This document shows positions 17,500-26,313 of a stretch of DNA of 64,000 nt, one piece after another. A model generated the notes under the pieces. The model was not told the DNA's origin. It did not search any database and worked only from the letters and a program-made list of their open reading frames with translations. Numbering within the stretch: position 1 is the stretch's first letter; each line of letters begins with the position of its first letter. This DNA is from Leptolyngbya sp. (GTDB lineage: Bacteria > Cyanobacteriota > Cyanobacteriia > Phormidesmidales > Phormidesmidaceae): the NCBI GenBank assembly GCA_035285305.1, contig JAYKHF010000045.1, forward strand, positions 968 through 64,967, in the 5' to 3' direction. Made by a program: the position numbers and the translations under genes.

Positions 17500-19536
17500 A
17501 TGAGCAATTCCACATCTGTCGTGGAAGAATTGTTGACAGCAATTCCCCAGCTTAGACCCAGACTCTATTTCAAGACATCGTTAACGGCCTTGTCCCACGC
17601 CATGGAAGACCACATTCTGGCGGGGGTTGGTGGGGCGCTGGTGATTGCGAGTTTTCAGCAGGAGCGGTTTTACCTGCAAGAGGCGAATCGCTACCTGCGG
17701 ATTGCAGAACTGAGCGATCAACTCTATGTGCTGGCGGCGGCGGGCACCAGCTTTACCCGCCATTCTGACAACTACGAAACCATTGCCTTTGAGACGGGGG
17801 ATGCCCTGATTGATGAGTGGCATTTGGTGGTTATCAGTGACAGCTATTCGGCCTGTTTGATTTGTCGCGAGCGTCCGGCACACGAGAGTCCTGGGCAACC
17901 GACCTTAGACCAAAATCGCCGCTTTGAGGGGATTTGGACCCAGGATCTCTATGTGACCCAGCGATCCGCCGATATTTTGCTGGATCGCATCGCCCAGTAT
18001 CGCCCCCATCTGCTGGAGAAGGTGCAGGTGGCCAAGCAGCGCTATCTCCACCCCTTAGCAACCCCGTCGGAACGGTTGGAGGGCAAGGGGAGCCCAGACC
18101 CCTTTACCCAACGGCTGGTGACCTATCTGCAAGCGGGGCAGTATAAGCTGCTGAAGGCCTACCGAGCCATGGCGGCCCAGGAGCGACGGGAACGGCTCGT
18201 CAACACCATTACGTCGGTGATTCGGCAATCCCTCGATGCCACCGAAATTTTTGAAAAGGCGGCGGCGGAACTGGGGCAGGCGCTCAATGTGTGTCGCTGT
18301 TTGATCTATCCCTGTAGCGCCACCGATGCCACGACCACGATCCACCACGAGCACCTTCAACCCACCGTGGAATCGTTGTTGGGGCAGACCTGGCCCCTGG
18401 CCGCCAGCCCCCTGTTTGACTATGTGCAGGACACCCAGGAAATTGTGGCCATTGCCGACACCCATGATCCGGAATCTCCCTTTCGCTACGAACTGGATGC
18501 GATTCGGCTGTTGTTAGATCGGTGGCGGATTCAGTCTTGGTTGATTGCGCCCCTCACCTACCAGGGGCGGTTGGTGGGCATGATCGAACTGCACCACTGT
18601 CAGGCCAACGCCTACGACTGGACGGAGGACGATAAGGCGCTGGTGGATGCCATTGCCGCCCAGTTAAGCGTGGCGATTATCCAGGCTGAAGCCTACGCCC
18701 ACTTACAGGATCTCAACCGCCAACTGGAGGCGCTGGATCTGACCCGGGCCAACCTAATCGCCATCACCGGGCATGAACTGCGCACCCCCCTATCCACCAT
18801 CCAGGTGTGCCTAGAAAGTTTGGCCACCGAGCCGGATATGCCCGCTCAACTGCGCCAGGTGATGATCCAGGCGGCCCTGGAGGATGCGGAACGAATGCGG
18901 AAGCTGGTGCAGGATTTCCTGACCCTCTCCAAGCTGGAAAGTGGACGGGTGGAGTGGAATTTGGAAGCCCTCTCGATCCAGGAATGTGTCGATTTAGCCC
19001 TCAGCAGCGTCAACGCCCACCAGGATGGGGCCTCGGTCTCGAAGATTAAGGTCAAGATTCCCAAGTCTGCGCCCCTGGTGCGGGCCGATGGGGAATGGCT
19101 GGTGGAGGTGCTGGTCAAACTGCTGGACAACGCCAGCAAGTTTACCCCCGCCGACGGCAAAATCACCGTCCAGGTCACCCGTTCTAGCCCCACCCATCTT
19201 CAGGTGACGGTGGTGGACACCGGTCGGGGGATTGAACCGAGTCGTCTCAATGCGGTGTTTGATCGGTTTTATCAGGAGGAGGGGGCGCTCCGCCGCACCG
19301 CCGGGGGAACCGGGCTGGGGCTGGCGATGTGTCGCCAGATCATTGAAGGACTGGGGGGCACCATCTGGGCGGATTCGGAGGGCAAAAATAAGGGGAGTCA
19401 GTTCCACTTCACGGTTCCCATCGCCCAGGGCAAAGGGGATGGTCTCAGTCGTAGTTCCCTCAGCGATCCCACCCCCCCACGCCTGGGCCACCCGGCCACC
19501 GTTCCCGGCAATCCCTCGGTGCTGCTGGATGACTAG
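17500..19536 (+). CDS. DICT + GAF sensor histidine kinase
   Basis: N-terminal YFK.SL.ALSHAMED / FQQERFY / EWHLVV (DICT-like), GAF region, H-box GHELRTPL, N/G boxes DNA.KFT, DTGRGI, GGTGLGL. Confidence 0.85.
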   Translation: MSNSTSVVEELLTAIPQLRPRLYFKTSLTALSHAMEDHILAGVGGALVIASFQQERFYLQEANRYLRIAELSDQLYVLAAAGTSFTRHSDNYETIAFETGDALIDEWHLVVISDSYSACLICRERPAHESPGQPTLDQNRRFEGIWTQDLYVTQRSADILLDRIAQYRPHLLEKVQVAKQRYLHPLATPSERLEGKGSPDPFTQRLVTYLQAGQYKLLKAYRAMAAQERRERLVNTITSVIRQSLDATEIFEKAAAELGQALNVCRCLIYPCSATDATTTIHHEHLQPTVESLLGQTWPLAASPLFDYVQDTQEIVAIADTHDPESPFRYELDAIRLLLDRWRIQSWLIAPLTYQGRLVGMIELHHCQANAYDWTEDDKALVDAIAAQLSVAIIQAEAYAHLQDLNRQLEALDLTRANLIAITGHELRTPLSTIQVCLESLATEPDMPAQLRQVMIQAALEDAERMRKLVQDFLTLSKLESGRVEWNLEALSIQECVDLALSSVNAHQDGASVSKIKVKIPKSAPLVRADGEWLVEVLVKLLDNASKFTPADGKITVQVTRSSPTHLQVTVVDTGRGIEPSRLNAVFDRFYQEEGALRRTAGGTGLGLAMCRQIIEGLGGTIWADSEGKNKGSQFHFTVPIAQGKGDGLSRSSLSDPTPPRLGHPATVPGNPSVLLDD

Positions 19537-19559
19537 CCGATTTGAGCATCCAGCCCCCA

Positions 19560-19582
19560 GCAGGGGCGGGGTTTCCCCGCCC
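19560..19582 (+). repeat. REP palindrome family B (GCAG variant)
   Basis: GCAGGGGCGGGGTTTCCCCGCCC between convergent genes; matches 3206-3228. Confidence 0.7.
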
Positions 19583-19639
19583 ATTGAATCCCAGGGACAT
19601 ACCAGATCCATCTGGCCCTAGAGGGCCGGATGGGGCGAG

Positions 19640-20422
19640 TTAGTCGATGGTTTCGCCGAGGAAGGTGAGCAGCGCCCGCCAAGACTTGCGGTCGGCAGGG
19701 CCATCGTAGCGATCGCCCGCTGACCATACGGTGAAGGCATGGTCTACGCCGCCGTAGATTTCCATCTCAAAGTCCACCTGGGCCGCATCCATCTCAGCGG
19801 CCAGTTGGGCCACGTCGGCCATGGGAGCCACGGGGTCATCGGAACCATGCAGAATCAGCACCCGCCCCTGGGTACGGCTGTAGTCTTGGCCTTCAGGGGT
19901 TTCAAAGCTGCCGTGGAAGGAAACAAACCCATCCACATCCATCCCGGCGCGGGCCATTTCAAGCACCGCCGCACCGCCAAAGCAGTAGCCTATGGCCACC
20001 ACCCGATGGCTATCCACCCCCGCCATCCGCTGGGCTTCGGCCAAGCCTGCGGCGAGGCGGGCTCGCATCGTAGACCGATCGGCATAGAGTTTGCCGCTTT
20101 CCGTCTGGGATTCTTCTGTATTGCGGGGCCGCACCCCTTGGCCGTAGAGATCCACCGCAAAGGTGGCATAGCCCTGCTCCGCCAGCATTTGAGCGCGGCG
20201 CATTTCGTAGCTATCCAGCCCATTCCAATCATGGACCAGCAGCACCAGGGGCTGGTGGTCTCCAAACCCAGCGTTCCTGGCGAAATAGCCCTCATAGGGC
20301 TGGCCATCGATGGTATACACGACGGCTTCCTGAAGGATATTGGCCCGCACCGCTTGACTAATCCCTAGAACCATCCCCAGGGCCAGCACCGCTGCCAGGG
20401 CCATCAGACCGAGTTTCTTCAT
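19640..20422 (-). CDS. Dienelactone hydrolase family protein with signal peptide
   Basis: MKKLG.. signal-like N-terminus preceded by AGGAGG; HDWNG, GYCFGG, HGSDDP, HAFT. Confidence 0.88.
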   Translation of the reverse strand: MKKLGLMALAAVLALGMVLGISQAVRANILQEAVVYTIDGQPYEGYFARNAGFGDHQPLVLLVHDWNGLDSYEMRRAQMLAEQGYATFAVDLYGQGVRPRNTEESQTESGKLYADRSTMRARLAAGLAEAQRMAGVDSHRVVAIGYCFGGAAVLEMARAGMDVDGFVSFHGSFETPEGQDYSRTQGRVLILHGSDDPVAPMADVAQLAAEMDAAQVDFEMEIYGGVDHAFTVWSAGDRYDGPADRKSWRALLTFLGETID

Positions 20423-20590
20423 GGCGGTTTCCCTCCTAAAAACTATAAATTCATCCATCGTCCAGGCCGCACCGGCCCCTGGTATCGTAAAGAAGTTTGA
20501 AGCAAAGAACAATCAGGATCGCCCTCATCTCGGCCCAAGGCCGTGGGGCGACCTTGTCCGAAATCGATCTGGTGTAGGAGAACAGCGATC

Positions 20591-20746
20591 ATGGATTGGA
20601 CCGCCGAGGCTGAAGCCCGTCTCAAGGAAATTCCCTTCTTTGTGCGCCCTGCGGCCCGCAAGAAAATTGAGAAATTTGCCCAAGACCAAGGGCTGACCCA
20701 AATTACTGAATCCGTCTACGAAGCGGCCAAAAAACAGTTTGGGTGA
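20591..20746 (+). CDS. Stand-alone PCP_red (ChlB C-terminal-like) domain protein, 51 aa
   Basis: W..EAE..LKEIPFFVR..ARK..E.FA...G...IT...Y.AK matches the ChlB/BchB C-terminal domain pattern. Confidence 0.8.
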   Translation: MDWTAEAEARLKEIPFFVRPAARKKIEKFAQDQGLTQITESVYEAAKKQFG

Positions 20747-20840
20747 TGTCCGCCACACCAGGGGATCAACCAGGGGAGAGGATCGCGTCCGGAAAATCTG
20801 CGGTATTCTGGGGGCAAAATTCCTGAACTAGGTCAGCCCT

Positions 20841-21416
20841 ATGACGCGGCGCAGCATTCTCTATAGCCTAGTGGTGGTGGTGATCGCCGCCCTGTTGATG
20901 ATCATTCCCCTGGCAAGCCGTGCCCCGGCCCAGATGATCAGCTCCAGTTCGCCGCCCCTGCGCAACCTCATCCAAGCCTTTGAGCCGGTGTATATGCCAG
21001 AGGCCACGGCCTACTCGATCTTCAGCACCGACGCCAGTTCTGCCCATCAGGTGTGGTATCGCATCTCTGGCGGCGATGCCCTCTTTTGGCAGCGACTGCG
21101 GGTGTATCAAGAACAGGCTGGCCCCCGCCCACAAAATCAGCTTCCCCCCGACAGCCTCCTGAGTCAGGAGCTACAGTCTAACGAACCCACGGGCTGGTTT
21201 CAGTTTCCGGCGGCAACGGGGGTCTTCACCTACTACTTCGATAGCGATCACCAGATGACGCCCCAACAACCCTGGGAAGATGCCTTTGGGCTGAAGGTAC
21301 GGCGCATCCGCTATGCCAACGGCAACCTCTATGAACTGGGCTTTGAAGACCGGGACATCCTAGATGATTTCAATGATCTAGAGCTTCAGGTCGCGATTCT
21401 GCAACCGATTCCCTAG
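20841..21416 (+). CDS. Exported hypothetical protein with C-terminal GFED..DFND (DUF4114-like) motif
   Basis: Signal-like N-terminus; LGFEDRDILDDFNDL at the C-terminus. Confidence 0.55.
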   Translation: MTRRSILYSLVVVVIAALLMIIPLASRAPAQMISSSSPPLRNLIQAFEPVYMPEATAYSIFSTDASSAHQVWYRISGGDALFWQRLRVYQEQAGPRPQNQLPPDSLLSQELQSNEPTGWFQFPAATGVFTYYFDSDHQMTPQQPWEDAFGLKVRRIRYANGNLYELGFEDRDILDDFNDLELQVAILQPIP

Positions 21417-21429
21417 GTAGCGGAGTTCT

Positions 21430-21936
21430 ATGCCCAAGCACTTGATTTTTTTCCGTCACGGTAAGTCCGACTGGGAGGCCAGTTTTGATCGAGACTACGA
21501 CCGTCCGGTGGCGGAGCGGGGGCGACGGGCGGCCCAAACCATGGGCCGTTGGCTGGCGGCCACCCAACGGGTACCGGATCTCGCCATTACCTCCTCAGCG
21601 GTGCGGGCTAAAACCACCCTAGACCTGGCGATGACGGCGGGGCAATGGGGATGCCCTACCCAGGAGACAGATGCGCTGTATGAAGCCACGGTGGACAGGG
21701 TGCTGGGGGTGATTCACCAGCAGCCAGACCGTTGCCAGTCCCTGATGCTGGTGGGCCACGAACCCGCCTGGTCTGATACCCTGACCTACCTGGGCGGCGG
21801 TACGGTGCGAATGCCCACGGCGGCCATGGCCTGCCTCAGGGTTGAGGTGGATCGCTGGATACAGGTGCGTCAGGGCCGTGGTACGCTGCTGTGGCTAATG
21901 CCGCCCAAGCTTGTCACCGTCGGAATGCTGCCATGA
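21430..21936 (+). CDS. sixA: SixA-like phosphohistidine phosphatase
   Basis: RHGKS, DRP...G, SSAVRA..T, LVGHEP. Confidence 0.8.
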   Translation: MPKHLIFFRHGKSDWEASFDRDYDRPVAERGRRAAQTMGRWLAATQRVPDLAITSSAVRAKTTLDLAMTAGQWGCPTQETDALYEATVDRVLGVIHQQPDRCQSLMLVGHEPAWSDTLTYLGGGTVRMPTAAMACLRVEVDRWIQVRQGRGTLLWLMPPKLVTVGMLP

Positions 21937-22832
21937 TCAGTCCGCCGCCCACCCAGGTGTATCCCTGGAAAACCTACCCCTGTACCTACACCCACTATCC
22001 AGACCAGGGCGCGCCAGATGCGCCCCCCCTGCTGTTAATTCATCCCATTGGCGTGGGGTTGGCGGGTTGGTTTTGGCAGCGGTTTGCCCAGGCCATGGCC
22101 GCCACCGGCGATAGCCCAGCCCTGTACGTCCCCGACCTGTTGGGCTGTGGCCCCGGCCCCAAGCCCAAGATGGCCTACCGGGCTGAGGACTGGGCCGACC
22201 AATTAGCGCACTTTTTGGGGCAGGTGGTGCAGCGGCCTGTGGTGCTGGTGGTGCAAGGGGGCAGTCTCCCCATCGGCCTGCGGTTGCTGGCCCATCCCCA
22301 AACCCAGGGGTTGATTCAATCCTTGGTGCTGAGCGGGCCACCGGGCATGAAACTGATGACCACGCCCACCTCCCGCCGCCGCCAAACCCTGCTGTGGAAC
22401 CTGCTCTTTAGCGGCCCGGTGGGGGTTGGCTTCTTCCGCTATGCCCGTCGGGAAGCCTTTTTAGAGTCCTTTTGCCGCCGCCAACTGTTCGCCAACCCCG
22501 ACGACATTGACCGGGAATGGCTCGATCATCTGCGGGAGGATGCCCAGGACAGCGGTGGCCGCTATGCCGTCTACTCCTTTCTGGCGGGCTTTTGGCGACA
22601 GGACTATACCGACATCATGGCCAGGATTTCCGTGCCCACCCGGGTCATTTTTGGCGATGCCGCCTCCGGCATTAACCGCCTCAGCCGCACCGATCCCCCC
22701 CAGCAGCGCCTCGATGACTACCTGCGCCTCATCCCCACCGCCACCGGAACCATGATTCCCGGTCGCAACGTCTTGCCCTACGAATCCACTGCGGCCTTTG
22801 TGGACGCCCTGCGCCGACTGTCATCCATGTAA
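21933..22832 (+). CDS. Alpha/beta fold hydrolase
   Basis: LLIHPIGVG..FW, PDLLGCG, VVQG at the nucleophile elbow, GRNVLPYE; ATGA overlap with sixA. Confidence 0.8.
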   Translation: MISPPPTQVYPWKTYPCTYTHYPDQGAPDAPPLLLIHPIGVGLAGWFWQRFAQAMAATGDSPALYVPDLLGCGPGPKPKMAYRAEDWADQLAHFLGQVVQRPVVLVVQGGSLPIGLRLLAHPQTQGLIQSLVLSGPPGMKLMTTPTSRRRQTLLWNLLFSGPVGVGFFRYARREAFLESFCRRQLFANPDDIDREWLDHLREDAQDSGGRYAVYSFLAGFWRQDYTDIMARISVPTRVIFGDAASGINRLSRTDPPQQRLDDYLRLIPTATGTMIPGRNVLPYESTAAFVDALRRLSSM

Positions 22833-22864
22833 TCGCTCATCCCTCTAGTTGCAAGGCACAGCCC

Positions 22865-23311
22865 ATGGTAAATACCCCTGATCCGCACGACCTCAACCGC
22901 TTCGTCCAAGCCCAAGCCCCAGTCTATGGGCAGGCGTTAGCTGAGATCCAAGCGGGGCAAAAACGGTCGCACTGGATGTGGTACATCTTTCCCCAGTTCG
23001 ACGGCCTGGGATTCAGTTCCACGTCCCAGCGGTACGCCATCAAAAGTATTGCCGAGGCCAAAGCCTATCTCCAACATCCATTGCTCGGCTTGCGCCTCGT
23101 GGAATGCTGCGAGGCCGTGATGGATATCCACGGGAGATCGGCCTACGGGGTATTCGGTTCACCGGATGACATGAAGTTGCGGTCCTGCGCCACCCTGTTC
23201 GCCCAGGTTTCAGAGCCCGGTTCGGTATTCGAGCGTTTGATTGATAAGTACTTCGAGGGCATCCCCGATCAACAGACCCTTCAGCTTATCGGCGTTGACC
23301 CAGAACCGTAG
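22865..23311 (+). CDS. DUF1810 family protein
   Basis: DL.RFV.AQ..Y..AL.E...G.K.SHWMWYIFPQ, FGSPDD.KL.SC.TLF. Confidence 0.88.
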   Translation: MVNTPDPHDLNRFVQAQAPVYGQALAEIQAGQKRSHWMWYIFPQFDGLGFSSTSQRYAIKSIAEAKAYLQHPLLGLRLVECCEAVMDIHGRSAYGVFGSPDDMKLRSCATLFAQVSEPGSVFERLIDKYFEGIPDQQTLQLIGVDPEP

Positions 23312-23343
23312 TAGCCCCACACTGCACGACAGCCCGGTTCAGG

Positions 23344-23434
23344 GAGGTTGATATTAGAGGTTGATATTAGAGGTTGATATTCAGGGACAAGGCGGCAAAG
23401 CCGTCATCAGTCGCAAGGGCAATCGCAAGGGCAA
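23344..23434. repeat. Two tandem repeats upstream of pta (GAGGTTGATATTA x3; TCGCAAGGGCAA x2)
   Basis: At 23344-23381 and 23411-23434. Confidence 0.85.
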
Positions 23435-23520
23435 TCACAAAGTCATCGTTAATAAACCCTGATCCCAGGGCGGGCTGGTGTTGAATGGGGGTGGCCTATC
23501 CTGGGCGGAGAATCTGCGCC

Positions 23521-25650
23521 ATGACCCATTCCCTCTACATCAGCACCACCGAATCGGGCAGCGGTAAGGCGCTGGTATCCCTGGGCATTATTGAGCTGAT
23601 TTTGCGGCGTACCACCCAGGTGCAATTTTTTCGGCCCCTGGTGCATGTGCCGGATGTGGCCAGTTCCACCGATCCAGCCCATCCCACGTGGGACGAGGAC
23701 ATTGACCTCCTGATCAGCCATTTCAACCTGAAGCAGAGCTATGAGGAGTCCTACGGGCTCCTGGCTCCCCAGGCCAATGATTTGCTGGCGGAACACCGGG
23801 CCGACGAAATTATTGACACCATTATCAGTAAGTACAAGGCGCTGGAAAGTCGGGCGGATTTTGTTCTGTGCGAAGGGTCGGATTACCTAGACGAAAACTC
23901 GGCCTTTGAGTTTGGTTTTAACCAGGAGGTGGCCAAGAACCTAGGGGCTCCGGTGTTGATTTTGGCCAGCGCCTACCATCGCACCATTGAGGAAATGATT
24001 AACCCCGTGCAGCGGGCGGTGGATGCCTACCTAGAACACGGCTGCGAGGTGGTGGGGGTGGTCATGAACAAGGCCGACCCAGATCAGATTGAGTCCATTA
24101 AAGAGTCCCTATTTCAGCATTTTGGCCTGCGGGGTTGGCTGCTGTCGGTGATTCCCTACCAGCATCGGCTCAGTAGTCCACGGGTGCGAGACATTGCCGC
24201 CCAACTGGGGGCTGAGGTGCTCTATGGCCATCGTCAAATCAAAAATCTGGCCACGAACCGGATTGTGGCCGCGATGCAATTGCAAAACAGTCTCAATTGG
24301 CTGCAACCCGATGTCTTAATCATCACCCCGGGCGACCGGGGCGACATCATCGCTGGAATGCTCCAGGCCCACCAGTCCAGCAGCTATCCCTCCCTCGCCG
24401 GATTGCTGCTAACGGCGGGGTTGAGGCCCGACCCCACCATTGCTCGGCTGATTGAGGGGATCGCGAATCCCCTGCCCATCCTCTCGGTGCAGACCGACAC
24501 CTTTACCACCGCCGCCCAGGTAAACGAGGTTCACAGCGCCCTGTTGCCCGACGACCGGGAAAAAATCAACCTCAGCATCGAAGTGTTCGACACCTACGTT
24601 GACCTAGAGCGGCTGGAGAAGCAAATCAGCGCCGTGCGGGTGCAGGGCATGACCCCCAAAATGTTCACCTACAACCTGATGGAGCAGGCCAAGCGCGATC
24701 GCCAGCACATTGTCTTGCCCGAAGCCTACGATCCACGCATCCTCAAGGCCGCCGCCGTTTTGCTCAGCCGGGGCATTGTGGATATTACCCTGCTGGGCAA
24801 CCACCACGACATTCAGCAAGCCCTCAACAAACACGCCCTCACCCTAGATTTAGACCAGATCACCATCCTCAACCCCGCCCAGGACGAGCGCCTCCAGGAT
24901 TACGCCGACACCTTCTACGACCTGCGCAAGGCCAAGGGCGTCACCCGCGACAACGCCCTGGATGTGATGATGGATGTCTCCTACTTCGGCACCATGATGG
25001 TCTATAAGGGCGACGCGGACGGCATGGTCTCTGGGGCCATCCACACCACCCAGCACACCATTCGCCCCGCCCTGCAATTTGTGAAGACGAAACCGGGCTT
25101 TTCCGTGGTGTCCTCGGTGTTTTTCATGTGCCTAGAGCATCGCGTCTTGGTCTACGGCGACTGCGCCATCAACCCCAACCCCACGGCAGAACAACTGGCC
25201 GAAATTGCCATTTCCTCCGCCGATACGGCCCGCACCTTCGGCGTAGAACCCAAGATCGCCCTGCTGTCCTACTCCTCCGGCGACTCTGGCCAAGGGGAAG
25301 ACGTGGAACGGGTGCGCCAAGCCACCCAGATCGCCCGCGAACGCCGCCCCGAACTCCTCCTAGAAGGCCCCATCCAGTACGACGCCGCCGTGGATGCCGC
25401 CGTGGGTTCCCAAAAAATGCCCGACTCCCAAGTGGCCGGAAAAGCCACCGTGCTGATTTTCCCCGACCTGAACACCGGCAACAACACCTACAAAGCCGTC
25501 CAGCGCGAAACCGGAGCCATCGCCATCGGCCCCATCCTGCAAGGGCTGAAAAAACCCGTCAACGACCTCAGCCGGGGCTGCACCGTAGAAGACATCATCA
25601 ACACCGTCGCCATCACCGCCATCCAAGCCCAGGCAGAAAAACAGCCCTAG
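23521..25650 (+). CDS. pta: Phosphate acetyltransferase (long form with BioD-like and DRTGG domains)
   Basis: SGK..VSLG, ITPGDR.D, IVLPE, GPIQYDAA, PDLNTGN.TYKAVQR, PVNDLSRGC. Confidence 0.96.
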   Translation: MTHSLYISTTESGSGKALVSLGIIELILRRTTQVQFFRPLVHVPDVASSTDPAHPTWDEDIDLLISHFNLKQSYEESYGLLAPQANDLLAEHRADEIIDTIISKYKALESRADFVLCEGSDYLDENSAFEFGFNQEVAKNLGAPVLILASAYHRTIEEMINPVQRAVDAYLEHGCEVVGVVMNKADPDQIESIKESLFQHFGLRGWLLSVIPYQHRLSSPRVRDIAAQLGAEVLYGHRQIKNLATNRIVAAMQLQNSLNWLQPDVLIITPGDRGDIIAGMLQAHQSSSYPSLAGLLLTAGLRPDPTIARLIEGIANPLPILSVQTDTFTTAAQVNEVHSALLPDDREKINLSIEVFDTYVDLERLEKQISAVRVQGMTPKMFTYNLMEQAKRDRQHIVLPEAYDPRILKAAAVLLSRGIVDITLLGNHHDIQQALNKHALTLDLDQITILNPAQDERLQDYADTFYDLRKAKGVTRDNALDVMMDVSYFGTMMVYKGDADGMVSGAIHTTQHTIRPALQFVKTKPGFSVVSSVFFMCLEHRVLVYGDCAINPNPTAEQLAEIAISSADTARTFGVEPKIALLSYSSGDSGQGEDVERVRQATQIARERRPELLLEGPIQYDAAVDAAVGSQKMPDSQVAGKATVLIFPDLNTGNNTYKAVQRETGAIAIGPILQGLKKPVNDLSRGCTVEDIINTVAITAIQAQAEKQP

Positions 25651-25669
25651 GAAAGCAGATCCAACCTTC

Positions 25670-25898
25670 GTAGGGTGCCTTCGCGGCCCCGTCATGCCTT
25701 GCCCCTGCGGGTACCCCCGGGCCGCAATGTACCCCACCCATCCCGGGTTTCTCCTTTGGTGCATGGCTTCGCGTTGGCGTTAGCCTCGCCTTGGCGCTAT
25801 GCACCCTACGTTTTTTGGGTGACACACAGAGGTAGGGTGCATTCGCGGCGTCAATATTCTTGGCCAATGTTGGTTCAATCCCTTGGCCGCAATGCACC
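25670..25898. repeat. Cluster of three GTAG-REP elements (family A), alternating orientation, BIME-like
   Basis: GTAGGGTGC..AATG(C/T)ACC-type units at 25670-25733 (+), 25758-25809 (-) and 25832-25898 (+), downstream of pta. Confidence 0.8.
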
Positions 25899-26000
25899 GC
25901 TGCTCAGCCCGAACGGCGCTCAAGCCAGAGGCCAACAGCGATATTATCTTCTCGGAGACGCATTATCTTGAGAATTGCTGTGCATTGACAGAAACATTTG

Positions 26001-26027
26001 ACAGTGTTCCATTTATTGAGACACTGT
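26001..26027. promoter_or_regulatory. Inverted repeat ACAGTGT-N13-ACACTGT upstream of RNase R-like gene
   Basis: Perfect 7-bp arms in an AT-rich, promoter-like stretch (TTGACA at 25985 and 25998). Confidence 0.35.
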
Positions 26028-26313
26028 AAAGGTGTGCTTTGCGGGTTCCGTTGAAGGATAGGGCACGTCCGATGTTTGGCCGTTCAGACTCCATGCAGGG
26101 CGTAGTCCGATTCTTCGATTCATGGCTGGCGGTGGGCCTCCCATTCAGTTTCGCCCCCAGTCACTCCCTGGATTAGCCCCTCTAGCGCGTTCTGGGCCGC
26201 AGTACCCATGGGCTATGGCCGCCCTCTCGGTAGAGCGCATCCCCTAGATCGGGCAACACAGCACAAATCAGGCACGAGTCAGGCACGAACAATCCTTAGG
26301 AATGAGTCGCTAC

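Noticed and set aside
25670-25898. Possible CRISPR array (also 42226-42299)
   Set aside because: Units alternate in orientation or abut without spacers, lengths are irregular, and there are no cas genes.
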